From contig JAYWIR010000009.1 of assembly GCA_036172245.1 (NCBI GenBank), positions 1,240,001 to 1,304,000 on the forward strand: a stretch of DNA of 64,000 bases. The letters run 5' to 3'. Source of the stretch: Raillietiella orientalis. Its lineage: Eukaryota. Of this stretch, positions 37,811-49,873 are shown piece after piece; position 1 is the first letter of the stretch; each line of letters starts with the position of its first letter. The notes under the pieces are model-generated. The model did no database searches. It was given only the letters and a program-made list of their open reading frames with translations, and was not told the origin of the DNA. A program made the position numbers and the translations under genes.

Positions 37811-38304
37811 ACACCTGAATTGTGAAATTCGTGAAATTTTCTCGAAGCTTTTGCGTTTATATTGTATTCAGTGTATCTTATAGATTTATTTTAGTTGTTC
37901 ACCCGGAATCGAGGTGATACAGTGATTATTGTGGTAAACGAAAGGGCACTCATTCGGCTGTGCGCAGCTGGTAGAGTTTCACAAGAATGCTGTTGGTTGG
38001 CGAAGGTAAGGCTTATTCCCATGTTCCTTTTGACCTTAATGTTTTGGAAGTCTTTTCGAAAATGTTTTTTTATTATTATTATTTTTTTGGCACTGTGTCG
38101 GCAGCAAAATTATCAGAGCAACGCTTGAACTGATTCACAATAGTTACTGTCGCATAGCACCCCAGGATCTCAACTCTTAGTTTCGAGCTTCCATTCCCAA
38201 TACAAGCAACAACTAGCACTTTCTGTGCTTTCTGTAATATTGTGGAAACCTGAATTTTTGACCAATTAGTTGATTTTTCTTTTTATTTGCAATACTGAGA
38301 TTTA

Positions 38305-41300
38305 AAGATGGCGGGGCGACCACGTGTTGCGCATATGGCAAACTCTTACCGCGCGCAGCGTAGCTGCAGTTGCGCCTGCACCCCCAACGCCGTGCTCGCA
38401 TGCACTCCCGTACCTGCGTGCTTGCTCGTTTGTGGAAAATTCCCCGTTGCCCCGGTTACATGAGAGCAACCACTCCTTGAAACCATGGAAGTTCAAAAAC
38501 AAACTTTGGAACCCGCCTTTTTAGACGCCGACCATGGTTTATACAGTTGCATTTCGCTTCCACGTCCTTGCCCATGCCCTATTCCTGACTGTAAATTTGC
38601 ATCCTCAGCCGAAGAAAGGCACAATCGTTCCCGTAACCTGAAGCACCATCTGAAACGTATACGTGGTGTAACTCCCCAAAATTCCACTTGCTTTTGCGCC
38701 CGATGCGAATTTACGAGGGACCTGTTCCACTATTCCCCCGACTCTCATAAATGTACCCACTCAATTCGAAATGTGGAGCTTCCTCGTCTCCTGAAAAAAC
38801 TTATATATCCGTGCTCGTCCTGTGCATCTAGCTTCCACCGTTAAAAAACCTCTACGCAAAAGCGGACAACACACGACACATCAAGAACCAAGAAATCGTT
38901 ACTATACGAAGTCTTTGACGAAGAACCTGGCACTAGTAACTTGACAACGCACGAACACCCCATTGAAGACCAATCAGCGACTGTCAGCGAAATATCAAGC
39001 ACCTACCAACCACCTCTCGATGCGACTCCTCAACGTCAACCTGACAACAATGTGATTCCCGACCCACAACTTGTAACAACGCCTGGACTGCAGGAAGCAA
39101 TTGCAATTTTCCACCAACACAAAGATGCATTGCAACCTTTGCCTGCCGAAATTCTCTCAATGACTGATTCTTCCATCCCTGTGCAACTGGAAACACATCA
39201 CGATGCCCAATCACCCCTGGATTCGCGTCAAATGAATTCTACCTTGTCCTCTTCTTCACTGACATTTGCTGATGTTGAAAATCAGCATCGCGTGATGCTC
39301 GCGAAAATTCACGCCCCTAATGCGTCTTCTCAACGCTCCCCGCCCATCACCCAAACCTCCCTTACCATAAGCGGCAGTAGATCTCCAGTTAACCTGTGAT
39401 CCCTCGGGAACATTCCCGTATCGGCTGAAAGATCATGCCTTGTGGAGAATGCTTCACCCACCATGCATAGCACCACACAATCAATTTCTGCTCCAATACT
39501 TGACAGAAAATACGATCCTTTACGTCCCACCTCGCAACCATTGCATACTTCTGCTTCCTTGTCCCCTACATCTATACAGCGCAAAGGACCCTCTCCAAAA
39601 TACAACCACAACCAATACCACCTAGATTCCGTCGATCTCATCGTCAGTGTGTAAAGACCCCACCTCTAAATCGCGCCCTTGCTACCTCTATTGTGTCCTC
39701 ACCCCCCCACTTCCCGTCCTACTACCCACCCACTCACGGTCATTCCACTTCCGCCTATAGCCAACAACGATGTAGCTCTTACATCTAACAACGTCCTTTT
39801 AGTGCTATTTCCCGTATCCCTTACCCTAAGCTGCATAATACCTTTCTGTCCCTGGCGAACACAAACTCTCGATGCCAGCAACACGCTTCCATCTCTCAAA
39901 CGCCACTTGACCACTGCACACAAGCTACCTTTTCACAAGCACAAGTTGTGAGAAATCCAACTCGGATGTCTCCTATCCTACACACCACCACCCATGCTTT
40001 AAACACATCGCTCCCCCGCAGCTTCCCGTGGCACTCCTTTCCTTCGAATGCAGCATTCCCAACTGTAAAGTCACCTTTCCCTTAATACGTGGATTACACA
40101 GTCATACTCGATGGCACATGTGACTGCAAAATCAACGCAAGAAACCACTTCCTAAACCACGTGCTCCTCCTTCGATACCCACATTCAACCGTTTTGCTGC
40201 AGTAGCAACACACGAACCCGTTACACCTACAGCCCTAGAAATGACGGATCCCTTACCCACAGCAAACTGTTTTGACAGCCCCTAAACCTCTAAAAGTACC
40301 ATCACACTCCCGTTTCCCGAACCTCACAACAGGACGCGCCACTCATACATCTAACTTACCCTTATCCTTTGCACAAATCCAACGAACCCGCATCGAGTAA
40401 CCCTGAAGTACAACAGTTACTGCCCAATTTTCAGCATATATTACACACAAACACATTCTGTGCTCAGTGCTTACACCCCGAGTCTCACATCTCTCCTAAC
40501 ACAACCAAAGTGCAACGACAATTGGCAACGTACCATTGATATTCTCAACAAAGTCATGAATACGATGACTTCTACATTCAACATACGTCCCTTCAACCCT
40601 TCTAGAAGACACTGCTTCCTACAATGCTTTCGCCTGACCTCACCAAAGCATCTCCAAACCTTGTATCGACGCAACAGAAAGAGAGCCATCCGCACCCTTC
40701 TGAACCCCAATCTCATCCAAATCATCAGCTCTATCGACAGTTAAAACCATCTTTGGTGAGAAATTCTCAACAAAGAATATTAATACCGAAATTCTTCAGA
40801 AAAGCCCCTTAACTCCAGCTTCTTGGGAAGTTAATTGCACGAACATTACCCCTCAGGAAGTTGTGTCCACATTACTTAACGCTCAGGACACTACCACTAG
40901 AAATGACGGAATCCCCTACTCCTTCCTCCTAAAAGCTGATCCAGACGTATCTTGTCTTGCGGCCCTTTACAATGTTTGTATCCACCACTTGCTAATCCCT
41001 TAAGACTGGAAGAGTTCACGTACAGTTCCAATTCCAAAATGTGGAGCATCTGACCCCACGGACGTAACAAAATTTCGTCCCATCGCCATCTCCAACACCA
41101 TGGGCAGACTGTTCTGTAAAATCATCGCGAAACGGTCGCGAACGTGGATCCTGAACAATGGAATCGTTGGACATCATTAGAAGGGATTTCTTCCTTATGA
41201 TGGTGTTTTAGAACAAAACTTTGTCCTGACCACTCTAGTCGAGCGCTCCCGGGTATACCACAATGACAATGCCATCGTGTGGATAGACTTTAAAGACGCG

Positions 41301-42487
41301 TTTTTCTCCATCCCCACCATCTCATCCTAGACAGGTTGACTTTACTAGGGGCTGGTCATCAATTTCATTGTATCATCTCCGAAATGTATTCGGAATCTAC
41401 AACAATTGTAAAATCCGAAGCATCTACCTACCCAATTCCAATCCGTTCCGGAGTACTCCAAGGGTGCCCGCTGAGTGGTTTATTATTTAACATCGCGCTC
41501 GAACCCTTTATCAAAATTCTGAAGCACCACCACCCCTCTATCATTCCACTTGCATATGCAGATGATGTAGCGCTCATAGCAAGCTCTATAGACGAGCTAC
41601 AACTTGCCATCACCACACTTGCAGGTGCAACCCGTGCTGCAAACTTACAAATCAACCCCAATAAATGCGGCTCGTATTACTACGTAGCCTCCCCAACGCA
41701 TATGCAAAATACATCGCTGCCTGTGAATGGTGCACCAATTCCGTCGCCTTCCCTCCAAGAAACATAGCTATCTAGAAAAACCGATTGGTTTTGACCCCCT
41801 TATGCATGACGGAAACGTAGATACATTCATTACGCGCTTCAAAATTATTGCAGACTCCTCGTTAGCTCCATGGCAGAAACTAGATGCAATTAAAACCTTT
41901 TTCCTGCTATCTTGAGTACACGACTTACGCCTCGGTACAAAACACATATCGTCTTGGGCCAAGATCGACAAAATAATACGGAATGCATAACGTCATGTTT
42001 ACCCATTATGTCGAACTTTGAGGATGATAATGTGACTCTCTGCTTGTCCTTTCCTGAACATGAAAACCCTAAAATTCTATCGTTCCCGCAACGTAGACAA
42101 GTAGCACAAACGATACTTGCTCACTTTAGAGAGCAAAAACGATTATCAGCTCAAGCCAAGCCAGACCAAGGTAAGACAATGGAATGTGTATCCCTTCACT
42201 AAGCCTCCATGTCATTCCTGCCCTCATGTGAAGGATTCCGATGTGCAGACTGGCGTTTTGTACACAGCGCCCGCCTAAAGCAATTATTTCTTAATGAAAA
42301 TCGAAAAACACGTGGTGACCTTGAACAATGCCCAAAATGTAGCTACATAAAGGAAACATTGGTCCATTTCCTGTGTCATTGTCCAATCCAACTTGGAACA
42401 ACGATCACTCGAAGACATGACTTTGTTGTCGACAAACTGTACAAGATTCTCTCCCCTCGATGGCTCGTTGCTCAGAAAGATCGACCA
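38305..42487 (+). mobile_element. Decayed RLE-type non-LTR retrotransposon, NeSL clade (Utopia-like)
   Basis: Multiple N-terminal zinc fingers (CPIPDC..HLKRI, CARC, CPW..HLTTAH). RT motifs FRPIAISNT, KGFLPYDGV, GVLQGCPLSGLLFN, AYADD. Then SLAPWQKLDAIKTF, KPDQGKTMECVS, DWRFVHSARL, CPKCSYIKETLVHFLCHC and RRHD. Truncated before the PD..D nuclease core. Confidence 0.8.
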
Positions 42488-45003
42488 GTCTTTCACGATG
42501 GACGGGATCCTCTCGACCATCGGAAAGCTCAAGAAACGCAAGGCTCCAGGGGAGGATGGCCTGCCCGCGGAGTTTTATCGAACTTTCGCGGCTGAGCTTA
42601 CCCCTCTGGTACAACAACTCACCTTGCTGATACGGAAGACAGGTGACGTTCCCGCCTCGTTTCGTTCGGCAAAGGTGCGGCTCCTCCCTAAGGGAGGAGA
42701 TCAGAGGAGCATGAGCAACTGGCGTCCTATCACAATAGTGAATGCGGACGCCAAGTTGTTAGCGGAGGTTTGGGCAGAGCGTTTGGAATGGGTTGCAAAC
42801 ACCTTCATCATCCCGGAACAGACATATGCTGTTCCCGGGCGGAGCATGGAGGCAAACCTGTTCCACGCTTCCACCTGGCTAGAGCTCCAACAGGAAAGGG
42901 GCTTGGTGCGCAGCCGGAATTGCGGTGAGCCCGCCCGCAACGAGTCGGATGGTCGGGTGGGGAAGCGAGCCCTTGCGGTCGCAGTCGACTTGCACAAAGT
43001 ATTCGATTGCGTGAACCAGAATTTCCTGTTGGAGTTTCTGGAACGCTTGGGCTTCCCGGCCTCATTATTGGCCTATCTCGCCCCAGCTGGCGCGATGCGC
43101 TAATCAATCTTTCTTTCAACGGGCAGACCGTGCACGGTGTACCGGTGCGACGCATAATACGGCAGGGAGACAGCCTTAGTCCCTTACTCTTTAGCATCTA
43201 CTTCGAGTTGGTGTTGAGAGCGTACAGGGCGACTTTGTCTTGCCGAGCTCGTGCCCCAGCACGCCCGCAGTAGCAGCTTACGCCGACGACCTTCTGCTTT
43301 TGCTCCTTATGTCCTCTCCGGCAGCGGCAGTCGAGGATTTCTTCGATCTGCTAAGCCGCGGAACGGGACTGCTAGTGAACAAGGCAAAGTCGTCGGTGGT
43401 GGCGGTTGGTACGACGTAGGTTGGACGGCCTGACTGGATCCGCTTGGGGATCCCCACGGACAGGTACCTGAAGTACCTTGGCGTTCCGTTGGGGGACTTC
43501 TGCCCGTCAGAAGCCTGGTCAGGTCGTCTCCAAAAAGTGAAGTCGGCGATCGGCCCGTTCCTAGAAGGCAAGTTCCTTCTTCCGGAACGGGCCGCGGTGT
43601 GGAACGCGTTCGCGGCTCTTATCCATCTCCCTCTGCTTTTTTTTGCCCCATTCCCCCCCAGTTGAAGAATAGGACATAGGACCTACTCCGCATCGCCCTC
43701 TGGAGCAAGGGGAGGCCTAGAGTGCCTCTGAAGGACTTATGCGTGCCTCGCTTCGAAATTGTGGAGCGCCCCTTGGTGCATTCCCGCCCACCTTGCCAGC
43801 CGTGTCTCCAGGACGCAAGGACTAGCGTCTTATCTTCTGTGCTCCGGCCGGAAGATACGAAGATGCGGCCTGCTCCTTGGACGCATGTCCACCTTGGCAA
43901 AGGAGAACGGCTGGGTGGTCTGCAGCCCCGCCAACTCCTTCGCATGGCTGGAGGAGACCGCTGGCACGTGGGTGAAGATAAATGAGAAGAACCACGAGAC
44001 ATGGAACTGCCTGCTAGTCGGCATCTACGCCCGCCGCACTCTGCGTGAAATTCTTCAATTTCCAGCAGTTGCTTGTGGGCGGAAGGGACACCCCTTGCTA
44101 CGGCGATACCCTTCCTCCGGAGGGCGCTTCACAACAGCCGGAAGCCGAAGTGGCAAGTCTGCTGCCGTATCGCAGGCAGAGAGATGATGAGCGGCTGGAC
44201 CATGCGAGAGCTGACAGACGCTACGATCCCTAGTGTCCAGCCCAGAGGACTAAAAAGATGGGGCGAGCTTCTTGGCATCCGGTCGGATGACCTGAAGTGG
44301 TCCCCGGTTTTGATTGGATCCAGGATTCTTCCCCTGAAGTGGCAAGAGTTGGCGCTTCTGTGGCTGCATTGGGGTCTACCCTGCAACGCGCGCCGCTTCC
44401 ACTGGACGCGGGGAAGAGTAAATCCTGCATTTGCCAGGTGTGGGGAACGAGAGTCCCTTCCCCACCTCATAGTTGACTGCCCTGCCCTCCGGATTCGTCG
44501 GGATCGTCTTGGAACGGCCCTTGGGATACCGGTTGGTGGCAACCCCAGAGACGTTTACAGTCTTCTCTTCGTGCGGGACGCCCTAAATCCAGCCGCAGCC
44601 TTGGCAGCACTTTGCTGCATCCGTGGTATTGTGTCGGCCTGGAGTGATGCCGAAGATGAAGATTGCAACGTAACGGACGTCATCCCGTATGCTGTTCGCT
44701 TCCTGTAGAGAGCTACCGGATGGCTCCAGTTGGGCAGAATGAAGGAAGACCTCGAGGGCATCTTGCAAAGGATGGGCCCAATTCTCAGTGGAATGCGATC
44801 CCTTCCCGTCCCTCCAAACACTTTTTGTTTTTGTTTTTCTTATTTTATTTTTATTTTTGTTTTTTCCCCCATCCCCATCCAATGCCGAGGGGAGTCACAC
44901 CGTCCCGGCAGGTCCGGTGTTGTGTGGCCGTTAGTGGGGCATTGTACCACGTATGTTGTTGACCAATGCGAGGTTTTAATAAACGTCCCGGCGTACCCGT
45001 GAG
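42488..45003 (+). mobile_element. 5'-truncated Tx1-like family A element
   Basis: KLKKRKAPGEDGLPAEFY, NWRPIT, QGDSLSP, YADD, RCGERESLPHLIVDC. Conserved 3' UTR. Confidence 0.9.
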
Positions 45004-45093
45004 GCATCGGCGAAACCTGGTTTGGGCGGGCGTGTTTTTTGGTCGCTCCGTCAGCGACTGTCTGGGAAGCGAGTTCCCGTCTTTTTGTAAGGT

Positions 45094-45128
45094 ATCGCTT
45101 CTCAGCCTTTTGGCTAAGATCAAAGTGT
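45094..45128 (+). pseudogene. U2: 3'-truncated U2 snRNA fragment (first 35 nt)
   Basis: atcgcttctcagccttttggctaagatcaaagtgt matches the U2 5' end with one G>A change. It starts exactly at U2 nt 1 and stops inside the branch-point recognition sequence GUGUAGUA. Confidence 0.88.
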
Positions 45129-45834
45129 GTGGTGTGGATCGCTGGTGTCCGATGGCAACCTTGCCGGAGGACACCGCGATGGTGGTTGGCGTGGGGGAGG
45201 CAATTCCTCCCACACCACCTGCATAGTTGGGGGCATCTGCCCCAGGATCCTCTTCGCAGCCTGCGAGGAGCTGAAGCGCCATAGTGCCGCGCCTAGCGCG
45301 GAAACCATGGCAGAGATGGCTGCCTATAAGGACTATGGATACAAGCCTTCGCTTGTATACAAGGTAGGTCCCTTATACGAAGGCCAGACGGCACGCTCTT
45401 TTAGTAGGGCGTTGCAGGAATTAAACGTACGTGAAGATCTTGATGGTCTCACCGTGTTCAGAGGAGCGCAGCGAGTAGAGGTGGTATGCAAGGAGTTCAC
45501 CTTGTCTCAGCGCTTAATTAATACACCGCTGGTCATGGACGGCCGCAAGATCTTGCTGGTGACGATGAACCGCTCCTTCGTGGGCCATCTCACTGGCATC
45601 ACTAACCGCATGACGCGGTCTTCGGTTAGTGATGAACTCATGAAATATGGCGACGTACATGCACTCTGGCCTAATCCCACTGTTTTTGAGGGCTATAATG
45701 GCCTTTTCGGGGGCCAGGCTGCGGCGCGTCACCGTAAAAGAGGATGGTGGGCTCCCCCACAAACTGGAGGTCGGAGAGTCGATCGACCTCTGGTACGTGG
45801 GGCAGCCTCGGTATTGCGGTTACTGCAATGTAGT

Positions 45835-46807
45835 TTTTTTTTTTTCTTCTGTATTCGCTGTTTTCCTTCCAGCTTTTTTTTTTAAGAGTTTTCTTTTTTT
45901 TTGTTTGCTAAGTACCTCAGAGCCGATCGTGTGCCTCGCGGCGCACATGGTTCTTTTTAAACATCAACACACTGTTTTGTTTCCACGCCCCTTCGCCCGC
46001 GGCAACCCGCAGGGGGGAACCAGTAATTCTTCAGTGTAATATTCTTCAGGATAGGGGGCACCCCGGGATGGGGTCCGCCCTATGAATCCAGGAAGGGCTC
46101 GGAGTCCGTTCTCTCGCACCTCCCACCCTGGTTGTCTCCGAAGGGGAACCCCGAAGGGAATCTCCCCTTCCTCATTCTCTCCTGAGGGACCCCCTGGGAG
46201 GGGAGTGGTCGTCTCCATTTCAACTTCTCCGAAGGGAACCCGGAAAGGATCCGCTTGTATGAATTTCTTCTCCGGAGGGAACCCGCAAGGGAACCTCTCC
46301 TGTTCACTCCTCTGAAGAGAACCCCGAAGGGACGCTTCCGAAACTCAGAAGGGGCGCTGCAGCTTCCCGCGGGGAATCGCTCTCGCTTGCTTCCTTGTGC
46401 ACACTCTGTGAAGAGGCGACGACTCGGCGGGACCCCCAACAGGGGGTCCGCTCCTTTGAACAACTGGAGAGGTGCCCCTGAGGCCTCCTGCTCCATCTTG
46501 AAACCGGAGGTGGTCCCCCGGTGATGGGGGTCCGCTCTCCGTTGCACGACAGGTGGGGGAACTCCCCACTCCTTTATTCCTGGGAGGACCCGAAGGTCGA
46601 CTCCCATTGTTCCGGCCTTCATCAGGAGGCTGCCGGCTTTTTGCACCACCGGGGCCACGCCCGAATGTCTCGGCCAACCAGCGCCGTTGCAGGAGAAATT
46701 CGGAACCCAAACGAGGCAGTGGCGTCAAGTTATCTGCCAAAGTATTCGAACCCGCGACGCATGGTGCCACGTGCGGAAGCCTTAACCACAAAGCCTCCGA
46801 CGCGGGC
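45835..46807 (-). mobile_element. ~1-kb tRNA-derived SINE, copy 2
   Basis: TSD aatgtagt at 45827-45834 and 46808-46815. It splits an ORF1 zinc knuckle. The head starts GCCCGCGTCGGAGGC. Confidence 0.9.
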
Positions 46808-49800
46808 AATGTAGTAGGACACATTCGTAAGTGGTGTCCGAACATTCAGTGCCACCTGTGCGGAGAAAAGGGCCACGTTCGCCACGTGTCCCCTAAGCGC
46901 CCCTGCTCGGTTCCCCCTGCCGCCAAAAAAGCGCAGGGGAAACGGGCAAGTAAGGTCGTAAGACCAACTGTGGAAAATGGCCGGCACAAACTCCCGGCGC
47001 CTCAACCTCCGAAAGAGACGTCGGAGGATAAACCTTCTGAAGTGGTGGAAGGCGAAGAGGGCTGGCAGTTGTAAAGGCCAGGAAGGAAAAGAAGGTTCCA
47101 ACCGTGGAAAAAGAGAAGGAGAAAAAGCCGGCCGGTAAGAAGAAAAAAGCTGCGCCGCGCTTCAAAACTCTCCGTGAGTGCTCGGTGGGGGTAGGAGCAT
47201 ATGATGGGGTGAGGGCAGCAGAACGGCTGCAGCTATAGCATATTTTAGGAATGGTTCCTCAACATGAGATTACATTGCCCGTCCCGAGGGAGCTTCCCGT
47301 GAAGAAACAACAGCTTAGTATCTCTTCCTGCTCACGCAGTGGAAGCACTGCATTGCTGGTCGGTGGTTGCGGGATCTCGAGCTCCGTTATAAGGTTCTGG
47401 AGGTTTCGTCGTGAGAGCATCCGTGAGCTCCCCCGTGGTCCACTGATCTAGGGGTCGCGCGGCCCCTGCTGTGTTGCAAATATTCCCATGTTGCCTTTGT
47501 CTTCCCTCCGTAGAGCGTTGAGAGTGGCAGCTAAAGAGATAGCAGCTACGACCTTTCTCTTAGGAGGGTCACTCATGGAACGTTTGAGGGACTCTTCTCA
47601 TATTTTCCAAATAGCAAACGTCTTCAGGTAGTGTCAGTTGGATCCAGGGATCTATCTTTTTCTGTAGGTGGAGATCTTAGTTTGTGGGGCAGCAGTAGAT
47701 CCGGAATCACCTATTTCCTCAAGGAGAAACTGAGAGAATGCAGCATTGCTGTTTCGGAACCCGCACAACCAACTGCATTCTTTAGCATACATTTGACTGG
47801 CAGAGACTAAGGCACCATAGTCTGCGTGAGACTCAATTTGATGAATCCTTTTGAGTTTCAGAAGGTTCAGCCCTGCCTTCTAGCTCTAGGAAATGCTTTC
47901 CGAAAGGATTCATGACATGGAGATGTCCCATGGTTTGCAGCAGGTCATTCGACCCCTGATGGCCGATGAGATAGTTATGTGGCTCCACAATGCTTGATTT
48001 AATAGCTCCAAACATTTGTCTATATGAAAGATACTAATTCTGTCACAGGTCTTTAGTAAGTGCCCACCGGAACCACAAACCTCACTCCATGACCACATCA
48101 AATGTATCGGAGATCACAAAAATCGAAATCGATTGCACCTAAGGGTGTTCATCTAAATGGGAGAAACAAAAGCATCCTTGCAAACTGAAAGCATGAATCT
48201 CATTGATTCAAAGAGTCACTGCTGTCAACTTTATAACTCTATTATCTAAAGCATTTTTTTGTTCGACTTTTGGGACGGATCCATTATCGATAAACAATTA
48301 TACATTGCTTCAAAAAATGGTAGTTAAATAACTTCACTAAAACACTGGAACAATACAACGTGAAAAAAATTTTGCAAAAAGAGCAAAATCAAATTATCAT
48401 TAAGTAACGTTAGCATGGATTATTCCTAAAGTTAGTTTAATCATTCTTAATTAATCATTTGATCTGTGACTTGAAAATGCTAAACTTAAAGCTCAGTTAC
48501 CAAGTGCTGATGGTCATCTCCCTTCATAGAGTCTTATGTCTTCATTACAAATATGTAATGCATGCTTTCGAAATCAAGTCAGGAAGCCTCTTAGAAACTG
48601 ACTAATTGCAAGTAATTTTCACAACTTTCCAAGTCACCTTACAAAACACTCGAACGTCTGAAGCAGCTGAGAACGAATGTTTCCATGACAGCAGGACGGG
48701 ATGCGAGAACCTCAGCTTTTAGCCAGTCTGCATTTCTTAGTCTTTTCTCCCTTGTTCTCCGTTCTCCTGAAATTTCGTGTCACATGTACTTCTTCTACAA
48801 TTTGCAAATTACAAAGTGAAAGCACACCTTTTCCGTGGACTGCAGCAGATGATCGATGGATTTCAGAAGCTGCGGCTTCTCTGTTTTACGGAGAATGCTC
48901 TTGAGACCACATGCCCAGTGGTAGATATCAATTTCTAACTGGAGATTCACAGTCTCAGTTACAGCCGGTCCGTCCTCCTTTCCGGTTTGCAGCTCCAACT
49001 GGCACAGTACTGTACTTCCAATAGACTTGAACCGCTTTTGCATGCAGACCCGGGGCCGAGTTCGAGTACGTCACCCTTAGGCAGTTCTCGACTGATAAAA
49101 GTGCTTTAAAAAATGAATGCAGCAAACTGAATCCGCTCACGCATTAGTCTACCGAAGCAAAGGTGCCACCGAACAACTGCGATGACCGTCGAGCCGCTTC
49201 CTCGGTGTTGATTTTTAGCACTTTCTCATTCATTATCTCCGATCCGTCACGAACTGGTCGATAAACAAAATGGTCTCGAAAGTCATTCAAATCGCCATGC
49301 AACCGTCAGTGTGCACACATTCAGCTTTTTGCCGCTTTTTCGCGATCACTGCGCGGCTTTTTCTTTTTTTTCGCAAACGCTGCCGCTTTCGCTCTCGAGG
49401 AGAAACTCAACACGTTCATTCATCACCACTCACCATACAAGGAGGAAATCTCAGTTCAAGTACCCTACTTACAATGAAACATGTGCTAGATTATAAAGAT
49501 TAATGTATGCTTCTCACTGGGATCCATGAATGGAATACAAAGATATGTGATGCTCCGGATTCTGGATAACAAGCTGGAAAAACTTTACAGCAGAACCTTT
49601 CCAATATTTTTTTTTTTTTTTTTTTTTTTTTTGTGGCTATTTATGTGTGTGTGTTTTTTTTTTTTTCTCTCAAGAATGAATTGAATAACTTTGCGCTCTT
49701 GTGTCTTTTTTTTTTTTTTAGAGCTCTCTTTATAGGGCTATTACTCTCCTTTTGGGGAGTAATGCCTCTTAAACTCTTGCATTTTTTTTTCACTTTTTCT

Positions 49801-49873
49801 TTCTTTTGTTTTTTTCAGAAATAATTTTTTTCAAATGAGATCACAACAAAAGGCAGTTATCCACATGGGACTT

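Larger units (their letters stand above)
45018..47190 (+). mobile_element. Family A 5' part (5' UTR + ORF1), interrupted by a SINE
   Basis: MATLPEDTAM, AYKDYGYKPSLVYKVG. YCGYCNV|VGHIRKWCPNIQCHLCGEKGH is restored when the SINE is removed. Confidence 0.87.

Noticed and set aside
45094..45300. Keno-type insertion into an intact U2 gene
   Set aside because: Element 5' UTR homology continues upstream of the U2 piece, and no snRNA promoter context or U2 3' remainder is visible.
47600..48200. Possible decayed LINE endonuclease fragment on the minus strand
   Set aside because: The motifs are too eroded to support a call.
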